A stretch of 51,791 nt of DNA from Desulfobacterales bacterium (GTDB lineage Bacteria > Desulfobacterota > Desulfobacteria > Desulfobacterales > JAHEIW01). This document shows, piece after piece, positions 30,487 to 38,404 of this stretch; the stretch's first letter is position 1; each line of letters starts with the position of its first letter. Position numbers and translations under genes: made by a program. The stretch is taken from positions 1-51,791 of the forward strand of contig JASFEV010000002.1 in assembly GCA_050124655.1 (NCBI GenBank), written 5' to 3'. Below the pieces are notes generated by a model. It saw only the letters and a program-made list of their open reading frames with translations, did no database searches and was not told the DNA's origin.

Positions 30487-30975
30487 GTTTCAAAATAAAA
30501 AAAGGAATACTTTTCTAAGGAATTCTATCGTTTTTAATATTTTTATTTTGAAACCCTTAGGGCTTGTCGATCTCACTGCATCTACTGTGTTAGATGCCGT
30601 TCCGCATAGTACACTATAGCGGAACGACATCTGCCTTGTAGCTGCAGCAATCTCGACAAGCGATCAGCTTAGTTCCCAAAGTTGAGTGTTTTAAATTTTA
30701 AAAAATCTAATTAAAGTTAAAGGAATTCTGTCTTTTTAATTTTTAAAATTTAAAACCCCCAAGGGGCTTATCGATCTCACTGCATCTACTGTGTTAGATG
30801 CCGTCCCGCATAGTACACTATAGCGGAACGGCATCTGCCTTGTAGCTGCAGCAACCTCGATAAGCGCTCAATTTAAGTATTACCTAATCCGAGCGTTTCA
30901 AAATAAAAATATGGGAATATTTTCGTTAAGGAATTCTATCGATTTTAAAATTATTTATCGTTAACAACGAAAAAT
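30487..30975. repeat. Tandem array of about 200-bp structured units (two full, one degenerate)
   Basis: Each full unit starts with an AT-rich hairpin. In unit 1 it pairs 30487-30501 with 30540-30554. In unit 2 it pairs 30688-30704 with 30740-30756. The hairpin loop carries AAGGAATTCT(A/G)TC. A short CCC..GGG hairpin follows. The unit ends in a 98-nt near-perfect palindrome at 30563-30660 (unit 1) and 30767-30864 (unit 2). The third unit (30893-30975) keeps the loop motif in an 8-bp stem. Confidence 0.9.
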
Positions 30976-30996
30976 TGTTTTCAAACTTAATAATAT

Positions 30997-31143
30997 AAAA
31001 ACCGGTCTTAAAAATAGTAGATTACGCTCAAGGGCAAGGCGAAAATCGATTCAAAAGTGGAGCATACACATCAGTATTCGAGCATTTTGAATCGGTTTTC
31101 AACGCAGCCCTTGGGCGTTAGATGCATTTTTAAGACCGGTTTT
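30997..31143. repeat. About 147-nt imperfect palindrome overlapping the stop codon of the upstream gene
   Basis: There are three nested pairings: AAAACCGGTCTTAAAAAT with ATTTTTAAGACCGGTTTT, ACGCTCAAGGGC with GCCCTTGGGCGT, and AAAATCGATTCAAAA with TTTTGAATCGGTTTT. Confidence 0.85.
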
Positions 31144-31633
31144 AGATGTTGTGTTTGAGGAAGTTGATGATCTCCTGCAGTTTAACACCGATAATCGGCC
31201 AGAGCTGCCAGGTTAAATAGCCGAGTGACAGGATGAGCAGGATAAGGACCAGCATCAGGGTTAACCGGCGGGCCCCATTTTTTTTAGGTTTCACATGCAT
31301 GGGCGGCTTGGCTTCTTCAGCGGCGGATAGTGATTCAAAAGAAAATTTCGGCGGCTTTTCAACCGGGGTAAACTTTTCAACATCGGGTTTTACCGCTTCA
31401 TGGGCTATGAACACGGCTGTTGCCCCACATTTTTGAAATGCCTGGACAAACACGGCCGCTTTTTCCGCCTCAATATCATTGCTGAGTGTATAAGGCGTAT
31501 TTCTAACCTTTTCGGCCAACGCATCAGCGGAAGCCGTTTTTGCAAATCTTAAAAGCAGTAGAACGACTTTCTTTGCAGCGTCTTCAGTCGGCACTGTTTT
31601 TAGAACCAGTTTTCCGCGCGGGATGTTGTCCAT
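31142..31633 (-). CDS. Hypothetical protein with C-terminal membrane anchor
   Basis: The ORF extends to a TTG at 31678; ATG at 31633 (MDNIPRGKLVLK...) is more plausible. Soluble N-terminal domain, Pro/Lys linker, then a C-terminal TM segment (RRLTLMLVLILLILSLGYLTWQLW). Confidence 0.55.
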   Translation of the reverse strand: MDNIPRGKLVLKTVPTEDAAKKVVLLLLRFAKTASADALAEKVRNTPYTLSNDIEAEKAAVFVQAFQKCGATAVFIAHEAVKPDVEKFTPVEKPPKFSFESLSAAEEAKPPMHVKPKKNGARRLTLMLVLILLILSLGYLTWQLWPIIGVKLQEIINFLKHNI

Positions 31634-31761
31634 TACAACTCGCCTTTCTTGCAACTGAGTTTTGATTTCTTCAAACAAAAATCGGCCATCTTGACGCCGA
31701 ATTCAAATACAGCGTTCATATATTATAGCTTTAATTCTTTAAGCAAGTCAAACCCTTACAA

Positions 31762-31805
31762 GAAAAGACGACGATTGAAATATTCAACCGCCGTCTGTTT
31801 TGTTG
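31762..31805. terminator. Bidirectional terminator-like hairpin downstream of asnS
   Basis: AAAAGACGACG-(15-nt loop)-CGCCGTCTGTTTTG. The stem pairs 7 of 8 positions and is flanked by an A-run and a T-run. Confidence 0.5.
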
Positions 31806-31828
31806 ATATTTTCAGATGTTGCCCCTGG

Positions 31829-33211
31829 TCAAAATTCGATGTTCTGTGGTGTGCGCGGAAAAGGGATCACATCTCTGATGTTGCGGATGCCGGTGATCAT
31901 CATCAGGAATCGCTCAAAGCCCAGGCCGAAGCCACTGTGAGGCACGCTGCCGTAGCGACGGGCATCCAAATACCACCACAGGGGCGCTTTGTCCATTTGC
32001 ATTTCATCCATACGCGCTTCCAGCACCTCCAAGCGTTCCTCACGCTGACTGCCACCGATGATCTCACCGATACGCGGCACCAGGACATCCATCGCGCCGA
32101 CCGTCTCCTGATCGTCATTAACCCGCATATAAAAAGGCTTGATGGATTTGGGATAGTCATAGACGATAACAGGCTTCTTAAAGTGTTCTTCGGTCAGAAA
32201 ACGCTCGTGTTCGGTCTGAAGATCATGGCCGAACCCCACCGGATATTCGAATTTTTTGCCGGATTGACTTAGAATATCCACTGCCTCGCGGTAGGGCAGA
32301 CGAATATAATCGGATTGGGCGATGTTTTCCAGCGTGGCCAACAGCGTTTTATCCACCCAGCGGGCAAAAAGTTCTAAGTCGTCACCGCAGGTCTCAATGG
32401 CGTAGGTGGTCAGCTCGCGAATGAGTGCCTCTCCCAGGTCCATGTTACCGTCCAGATCGCAAAAGGCCATCTCCGGCTCCACCATCCAAAACTCGGCGGC
32501 ATGGCGGCGGGTGTTTGAATTTTCCGCGCGAAAGGTGGGTCCGAAGGTGTAGACGTCTCCCAGGGCCAGGGCAAACATTTCGGCCGATAACTGTCCTGAA
32601 ACTGTCAAATTGGCTTCCTTGCCGAAAAAATCCTGCTCGTAGTCTGTTTCGCCATCTTTTTGGGGGGGATTTTTCAGATTCAGGGTTGTCACGCGAAACA
32701 GTTCCCCGGCCCCTTCACAATCCGAGCCGGTCAGAATCGGTGAATGCAAGTACCGAAAGCCGCGTTCGCGAAAAAATTTGTGAATGCCGTAGGCCATTTC
32801 AGAGCGGATGCGAAAGGCCGCGCCATACTTGTTGGTGCGGGGTCTTAAATGCGAAATGGTTCTTAAAAATTCATCCGTATGGCGTTTTTTTTGGAGCGGA
32901 TAGTCTTCTGGTGCCAGCTGAATGATTTGTAAATCATTGGCCTGGATTTCCCAGCGCTGGCCGCCGCCCCGGGATGCCACCAAGCGACCACTAACGGCGA
33001 TGGCCGAGCCGGTGGTCAACTTTTTGATGTCCTGATAATTGGGCAATTTTTCATCGGCCACAACCTGAATGTTTTTTAGGCTGGAGCCGTCATTGACCTC
33101 GATGAAGGAAAATCCTTTTGAATCACGCCGGGTACGCACCCAGCCTTTTATCAGCACCTGCTCTAGAGGGTTATCGGATTTCAAGAGTTTAAATATTTTG
33201 GTGCGTTCCAT
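31829..33211 (-). CDS. asnS: Asparagine--tRNA ligase
   Basis: 460 aa. N-terminal OB fold (IKGWVRTRRDSKGFSFIEVNDGSS) and class II motifs (FRAENSNTRRHAAEFWMVEPE, GGSQREER, GFGLGFERF). Confidence 0.92.
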   Translation of the reverse strand: MERTKIFKLLKSDNPLEQVLIKGWVRTRRDSKGFSFIEVNDGSSLKNIQVVADEKLPNYQDIKKLTTGSAIAVSGRLVASRGGGQRWEIQANDLQIIQLAPEDYPLQKKRHTDEFLRTISHLRPRTNKYGAAFRIRSEMAYGIHKFFRERGFRYLHSPILTGSDCEGAGELFRVTTLNLKNPPQKDGETDYEQDFFGKEANLTVSGQLSAEMFALALGDVYTFGPTFRAENSNTRRHAAEFWMVEPEMAFCDLDGNMDLGEALIRELTTYAIETCGDDLELFARWVDKTLLATLENIAQSDYIRLPYREAVDILSQSGKKFEYPVGFGHDLQTEHERFLTEEHFKKPVIVYDYPKSIKPFYMRVNDDQETVGAMDVLVPRIGEIIGGSQREERLEVLEARMDEMQMDKAPLWWYLDARRYGSVPHSGFGLGFERFLMMITGIRNIRDVIPFPRTPQNIEF

Positions 33212-33230
33212 GGGAACTCTCCTATGATCG

Positions 33231-33268
33231 TTTGCCCGTTGTGCCCGTTTAGCCGGTTGCGCCGGCTA
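33231..33268. repeat. Four tandem degenerate 9-mers of the CCGTT/CCGGTT word family
   Basis: TTTGCCCGTT-GTGCCCGTT-TAGCCGGTT-GCGCCGGCT, directly upstream of the asnS start. Confidence 0.8.
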
Positions 33269-33352
33269 TTTCTGTATTTTTCTCATTCTATTTATAGCAT
33301 TGTCATATTGACTCGGCAAGATCTACTCTTGAAAGAAGGGGTCTGGCGCTAT

Positions 33353-33588
33353 AATCTACCTGGAAGATGAGCTGCCCAATGCCTGGGGCATATTCGGTAT
33401 CGTGATTATATGTGTGGGCGGCTACATTAACCAAAGCGGCATATATGATCTCTGTTAAACGACTTAGCGTTATTATCGGGCTCATCTACGGCGGGGTTAT
33501 TTTCAGGGAGAAAAACCTGATGGTGCGGACTATCGGCACGCTGCTGATGGTGAGTGGTGCAGTGATCATTACCATATGGGGAGGATAA
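33353..33588 (+). pseudogene. Possible remnant of a DMT/EamA- or SMR-like small transporter gene (two frames)
   Basis: One frame reads IYLEDELPNAWGIFGIVIICVGGYI then a stop. A second frame reads AAYMISVKRLSVIIGLIYGGVIFREKNLMVRTIGTLLMVSGAVIITIWGG then a stop. Both resemble C-terminal ends of EamA-type repeats. There is no intact ORF of plausible length. Confidence 0.35.
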
Positions 33589-33591
33589 GTT

Positions 33592-33688
33592 TCAGATATC
33601 AGAAGTCAGACGACAGATGTCAGAGGTCAGAAGATGGACAGGGTGCATCAACGGCTGTATTTACCTATCTGTCATCTGTCTTCTGATA
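33592..33688. repeat. Imperfect palindrome built from CAGA/GTCAGA words
   Basis: The left arm is TCAGATATCAGAAGTCAGACGACAGATGTCAGAGGTCAGAAGATGGACAG. The right arm, CTATCTGTCATCTGTCTTCTGATA, is its approximate reverse complement. Confidence 0.75.
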
Positions 33689-34051
33689 GAACCAACGTAA
33701 AAAGCTGGGCCGTCTTTGTCCAACAACCCAGCTTTTCAGCCTCCCCAGGCAACCCGGCCATCCACCTCCGGCGGACCCGTTGGCTTTCCGTCCCCTGATT
33801 ACTCAGAGTTTGGCATTTCCGTGAGAAACTTTTTTACAATTTGTTCAAAGAGAAGGCCGGAATCATTACGTTTTCGGCCTCATGGCGATCCAATATGGAT
33901 ATCGGTTCATTGCAAAAAGAACTTTAGCTAATTTTTACTTGATTTTAAGGGCTTAGGGCTAAAAATAAATAAACGCGGTTATCTGGGAAACGCCAGTTGG
34001 ATACATCTGATACAGCCCTTATAATTGAAATATTGTAATATGGAATTAGGA

Positions 34052-35464
34052 TTACATTCTGACCGTAATATAGTACCCTTGATCCCCCCTCTGCAGCAGG
34101 ATCACCACGGATGGTTTCTGTCGATATTTGACGACGGCTTTTTTAAAATCTTTTTTGTTTGCAATCGTCATGTCGTCAATCTGGCGGATAAGGTCGCCGG
34201 GACGCGCACCAATACGGTCCAGATAGCTGCCACGCGCAATTTCGGAAATGACGACGCCCTCACGGGCCAGGATACGATAAGCGTTGCGATTTTTTGAGGT
34301 GATATCATCGACCCGAACACCGATGATGCGAAAGGCTAAATCTTCGGCGCGCTCCATGGGAAAAACGCGGGATTTGATCGATATGGTTTTGACTTTGTTG
34401 TCGCGCCAGATGCGAGTTTTGAGTGAATCTCCGGCGGCATATGTTTTCTTAATCGACCAGTATTCCTGGGGTGAATCTATTTTTTTTGAGCCGATCGCTA
34501 AAATGATATCGCCTTCTTGCAGACCGGCTTTGGAAGCCGGACTGTCGGTCTCCACGGCTTTGACGACGACACCCTTTTTGTCGGGAACATTCAGGTAGCC
34601 GGCCAACTTCTGATCCAGCTTTTGGACATTGATGCCGATCCAGGCCTGGACCACCTCGCCGAATTGTATTAAATCGGCGATAATTTTTTTGGCTTTGTTG
34701 ATGGGAATCGCAAAACCAATGCCTTGGGCTTTGGCATAAATGGCGGTGTTAATGCCAATCAGATCGCCGTTGATGTTTAGCAATGGTCCACCGCTGTTTC
34801 CGGGGTTGATGGAGGCGTCTATCTGAATAAAGTCATGAAAAATCATGTCTTCACTGCGAACGCTGCGATTGAGGGCACTGATGACGCCCGTGGTCACTGT
34901 ATGTGAAAAGCCAAAAGGATTGCCGATGGCAATAACGGTTTCACCGATCATCAAATCATCGCTGCTGCCCATATCAATGGACGGTAGCTGGTTTTGAGCG
35001 TCGATTTGCAACACCGCTAGGTCCGAATCCGGATCGGCGCCAACGATCTTAGCATCAAAATCGCGTTCATCCTCCAACACGACCTTTATTTTACTGGCCT
35101 TTTCGATTACGTGGGCGTTGGTGAGGATTAAACCTCTTTTTCCGTCGATGATCACGCCGGAGCCCAGGCTGGCGCGTTCCTGACGGCTTTCGAAGCGCGG
35201 GTCGAAGAAATCTTTGAAAAAATCTTCAAAAAACGGATCCAAACCAAATCCGGAAAAGGGGTTAGCACGCTTGCGGACGGCATAGGAGGAGCTTATGTTA
35301 ACGACAGCCGGGCTGACTTTGCGGACGGCTTGTACAATCGGGCTTTCGCGCTCACTTTGCAGGCTCCTGCCAGGTTGGGGTAAAAGCAAAATCGAAAACA
35401 TGAAAAGCGAAGCAAAAAGGATGGAAACGAGTTTATTTTCTGTTTGCATGCGGTGACGTTGCAT
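34052..35464 (-). CDS. Periplasmic serine endoprotease DegP/HtrA (trypsin-like domain plus two PDZ)
   Basis: Catalytic motifs TNAHV, DLAVL and GNSGGPLLN, with two PDZ-like regions. ATG at 35464 is preceded by GGAAGG; the track start at 35545 is less likely. Confidence 0.9.
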   Translation of the reverse strand: MQRHRMQTENKLVSILFASLFMFSILLLPQPGRSLQSERESPIVQAVRKVSPAVVNISSSYAVRKRANPFSGFGLDPFFEDFFKDFFDPRFESRQERASLGSGVIIDGKRGLILTNAHVIEKASKIKVVLEDERDFDAKIVGADPDSDLAVLQIDAQNQLPSIDMGSSDDLMIGETVIAIGNPFGFSHTVTTGVISALNRSVRSEDMIFHDFIQIDASINPGNSGGPLLNINGDLIGINTAIYAKAQGIGFAIPINKAKKIIADLIQFGEVVQAWIGINVQKLDQKLAGYLNVPDKKGVVVKAVETDSPASKAGLQEGDIILAIGSKKIDSPQEYWSIKKTYAAGDSLKTRIWRDNKVKTISIKSRVFPMERAEDLAFRIIGVRVDDITSKNRNAYRILAREGVVISEIARGSYLDRIGARPGDLIRQIDDMTIANKKDFKKAVVKYRQKPSVVILLQRGDQGYYITVRM

Positions 35465-35604
35465 AGATGACCTTCCGACCAAGCCGCTTGTCTTGATTTG
35501 AGATCGGCACTGTTTTCGGCTGCTAAAATATAAACATCGTGTCATGAAAATAAAGACGACTTCTTCTATTATTTAGGCGAATCTGGTAATATGAGCCCAT
35601 AAAT

Positions 35605-35643
35605 CCGTTATGCCCGTTGAGCCCGTTGTCCCGTTAGCCGGTA
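35605..35643. repeat. Tandem CCCGTT-word repeat
   Basis: CCGTTA-TGCCCGTTGA-GCCCGTTGT-CCCGTTAG-CCGGTAG, in the divergent region between htrA and the radical-SAM gene. Confidence 0.8.
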
Positions 35644-35725
35644 GAAAAATACAGAATCAAGTATCTTTCCGATTTTTCCGGACTCAACCGGTCTGAAATG
35701 GTGCAACGCTCCATAAGCGAAATCC

Positions 35726-38233
35726 ATGAACATTAAAACCATCGAAGATATACTCGCTCTGGTTGAAAAACCCAGTCGCTATCTGGGAGGAGAAATTAAC
35801 CAGATCAAAAAAGATCCGGCCAGCGTCAAACTTCGTTTTGCGCTCGCCTTCCCGGATCTATATGAAATCGGCACATCTCATTTCGGAATGCAGATTCTGT
35901 ATCATATCCTCAATGCGCATGCCGACATTGCCGCTGAGCGTGTGTTTGCACCCGGAGTGGACATGGACCACCACCTGAGAAAAGCCGGTCTGCGATTATT
36001 TTCATTAGAAACCCGGCAGCCCCTTGACCGCTTTGATATTATCGGATTCAGTTTGCTTTACGAATTAAACTACACCAATATATTAACGATTTTAGATTTG
36101 TCCGGCATTCCGTTTTATGCCGCCCAGCGGGACAATACGTTTCCGTTGATTATTGCCGGAGGCCCGTGTACGTGCAACCCGGAGCCGGTGGCTGATTTTT
36201 TTGATGCCATGGTTATTGGCGATGGTGAAAGCGTCATTTTGCAGCTGGCCGAAAGCTGGTTGGAATGGAAAGAGAATGTCAACGGCGATAAAGAAACCCT
36301 GCTAAAGCAGTGGTCCCAGATTGAAGGTGTCTATATTCCTTCATTTTTTAAGCCGAACTATGACGATTGTGATTTTCAAAAGCTAAAGCCATATCATTCA
36401 GATTATACGCATGTAACCCGAACCATAGTCGCTGATCTGGATCAGGTGCCTTTTCCGGAAAAACCGATCATTCCTTTCGGCAAACCCGTGCATGATCGAC
36501 TACGGTTGGAGGTCGCCCGAGGCTGCACCCGAGGCTGTCGGTTTTGCCAGGCGGGTATGATTTACCGGCCGGTGCGGGAGCGATCGCCCGAATCACTGCT
36601 GGCGCTTTGCGATCAATCTGTCCGCAATACCGGATATGAAGATATTTCTTTGCTGTCGTTAAGCACCGGTGATTACGGTTGTATTGTGCCGCTAATGGAG
36701 CGATTAATGTCGCGCTATGCAACCCAGAATGTGGCGGTGTCGCTGCCGTCGCTGCGGGTCGGAACACTGACACCCGAGCTAATGAAGCTGATTAAAACGG
36801 TGCGCAAAACCGGCTTTACCATTGCGCCTGAAGCCGGCAGCCAGCGGTTACGCGATATCATCAACAAAAATATCAGCGCAAGCGAAATTCAGGAGACGGT
36901 TAAAGATGCTTTTGATCTGGGCTGGCAGGTCATCAAACTGTATTTCATGATCGGACTGCCGACTGAAACCGAAGCGGATCTGGAGGCCCTGGTGGAATTG
37001 GTCAAATCCCTGCGACCAACCCAAAAAGCTGCCGGGCGCTGGGGTAAAATCAATGTCAGTGTAGCCACCTTTATCCCCAAACCGCATACTCCTTTTCAAT
37101 GGGCGCCTCAGTTGTCGCTGGCTGATTCTGAAGACCGCATCGGTCGGCTTCAAAGGCGATTGAAATGGCGCGGCATCCAATTCAAATGGCAGAGTCCGCA
37201 AGTCAGCTGGCTGGAAGGGGTATGGGCCCGCGGCAATCGGAAGCTGAGCCACTTGCTGGTCGCCGCTTATCAAAAAGGCTGCCGATTTGATGGCTGGAGC
37301 GATCATTTTCGATATGATTTGTGGCAAGCGGCTTTTGAGGAGCAAGGCGTGGATCCGAATTTTTTTACTACCCGTGAGCGAGACGTATGTGAGCCGCTGC
37401 CCTGGGATCACATTAACACCCAAGTGACCAAGGCGTATCTGGCCGCAGAATGGGAGAATGCCCTCAAAGGCGCCTATACAGCGGATTGCCGCGTGGATGA
37501 CTGTAACCAGTGTGGTGTCTGCGATTTTGAACAAATCGAGCCCATAACCCGTGACCGCTTAACGAACAAAGTCCCTGGTGTTCAGCGGCCCGGGTCCCCG
37601 AAGCCGACGGCCTTTAAAAAACTCGCTATTTTTTACACCAAGCGGGATCGAGCCCGGTATTTCGGGCATCTTGAACTGGTCAACATTTTTCAACGCGCTT
37701 TAAAACGGGCCGGAATTGCGGTTCGATTTACGGAGGGATTTCACCCCAAACCCAAAATCGCCTTTGCGGATCCGTTGCCGGTGGGAATCGAAAGTCAGCA
37801 GGAACACTTTGTCATATCTGCACCGGATGATATCCGCCCCCAGACAGTCAAAGACTTGCTAAACGCACATTTGCCGGCCGGGCTTGAGATTAATGATTGC
37901 CGATTAGCTTCCCGGAAACCGCCGACAAATAGGCGGCGCCAAATTCGTTACCGAGTTGCCTTGTCAGAAGGTCAGTTCGACAAAACGCTGCTGAGGGATT
38001 TTAACGCACAGCCGGATTTTCACATCACACTGACCGGTCGAAAAGGAAAGTTGAAAAAGATAGATTTAAAGGATATTGTTATCAATAGCGAGTTGCGCAA
38101 TTCAAATCATCTAGAGCTGACCCTTCAATCCGAGCCGGGAAAGACGGTACGGCCATTTGATGTCCTGCGCCATATATTCAAATTAAGCGATACGCAGGTC
38201 AAACAGGCCACTATATTAAAGCTAAGCGCATAA
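35726..38233 (+). CDS. B12-binding-domain radical SAM protein fused to a DUF2344-like C-terminal domain
   Basis: 835 aa. Radical SAM cluster motif ARGCTRGCRFCQAG. The C-terminal about 220 aa (YTKRDRARYFGHLELVNIFQRALKRAGI, EGFHPKPKIAF) looks like the TIGR03936/DUF2344 family, which is usually encoded next to Rne/Rng ribonucleases. Confidence 0.85.
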   Translation: MNIKTIEDILALVEKPSRYLGGEINQIKKDPASVKLRFALAFPDLYEIGTSHFGMQILYHILNAHADIAAERVFAPGVDMDHHLRKAGLRLFSLETRQPLDRFDIIGFSLLYELNYTNILTILDLSGIPFYAAQRDNTFPLIIAGGPCTCNPEPVADFFDAMVIGDGESVILQLAESWLEWKENVNGDKETLLKQWSQIEGVYIPSFFKPNYDDCDFQKLKPYHSDYTHVTRTIVADLDQVPFPEKPIIPFGKPVHDRLRLEVARGCTRGCRFCQAGMIYRPVRERSPESLLALCDQSVRNTGYEDISLLSLSTGDYGCIVPLMERLMSRYATQNVAVSLPSLRVGTLTPELMKLIKTVRKTGFTIAPEAGSQRLRDIINKNISASEIQETVKDAFDLGWQVIKLYFMIGLPTETEADLEALVELVKSLRPTQKAAGRWGKINVSVATFIPKPHTPFQWAPQLSLADSEDRIGRLQRRLKWRGIQFKWQSPQVSWLEGVWARGNRKLSHLLVAAYQKGCRFDGWSDHFRYDLWQAAFEEQGVDPNFFTTRERDVCEPLPWDHINTQVTKAYLAAEWENALKGAYTADCRVDDCNQCGVCDFEQIEPITRDRLTNKVPGVQRPGSPKPTAFKKLAIFYTKRDRARYFGHLELVNIFQRALKRAGIAVRFTEGFHPKPKIAFADPLPVGIESQQEHFVISAPDDIRPQTVKDLLNAHLPAGLEINDCRLASRKPPTNRRRQIRYRVALSEGQFDKTLLRDFNAQPDFHITLTGRKGKLKKIDLKDIVINSELRNSNHLELTLQSEPGKTVRPFDVLRHIFKLSDTQVKQATILKLSA

Positions 38234-38240
38234 CCACTTA

Positions 38241-38382
38241 GCGCGCATAGCGCATCGTTTTTGGCATAGGGCAAAGGGCATGGCGCAAAGAGTGACTGTT
38301 ATGAGACTTAAAAGGATAAATCTAAGTATCGACCCTATACTCTCTGCTCTCTGCGCTATGCGATGTGCCCTTTGCGCTTTGC
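38241..38382. repeat. Inverted-repeat element built from CGCATAG / GCAAAGGGCA / GCGCAAAG words
   Basis: Left arm 38241-38291 (GCGCGCATAGCGCATCG...GGCATAGGGCAAAGGGCATGGCGCAAAGAG). Right arm 38340-38382 (CTCTCTGCTCTCTGCGCTATGCGATGTGCCCTTTGCGCTTTGC). Confidence 0.75.
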
Positions 38383-38404
38383 ACAAAAGCGGAGCTTTTG
38401 CAGT

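Noticed and set aside
30563-30864. The 98-nt palindromes as integron attC sites, retron msr/msd or a CRISPR array
   Set aside because: No integrase, reverse transcriptase or cas genes are in the window. A GTTAGAT resembling the attC R-prime core is present, but the matching RYYYAAC is not. The repeat unit (about 200 bp) and the near-identity of the intervening sequence are incompatible with CRISPR repeat-spacer structure.
31649-37534. 207-aa plus-strand ORF over asnS, 166-aa ORF at 32425-32925, and 228-aa minus-strand ORF at 36848-37534 inside the radical-SAM gene
   Set aside because: Each overlaps a gene with unambiguous family motifs on the opposite strand, and none has recognisable features of its own.
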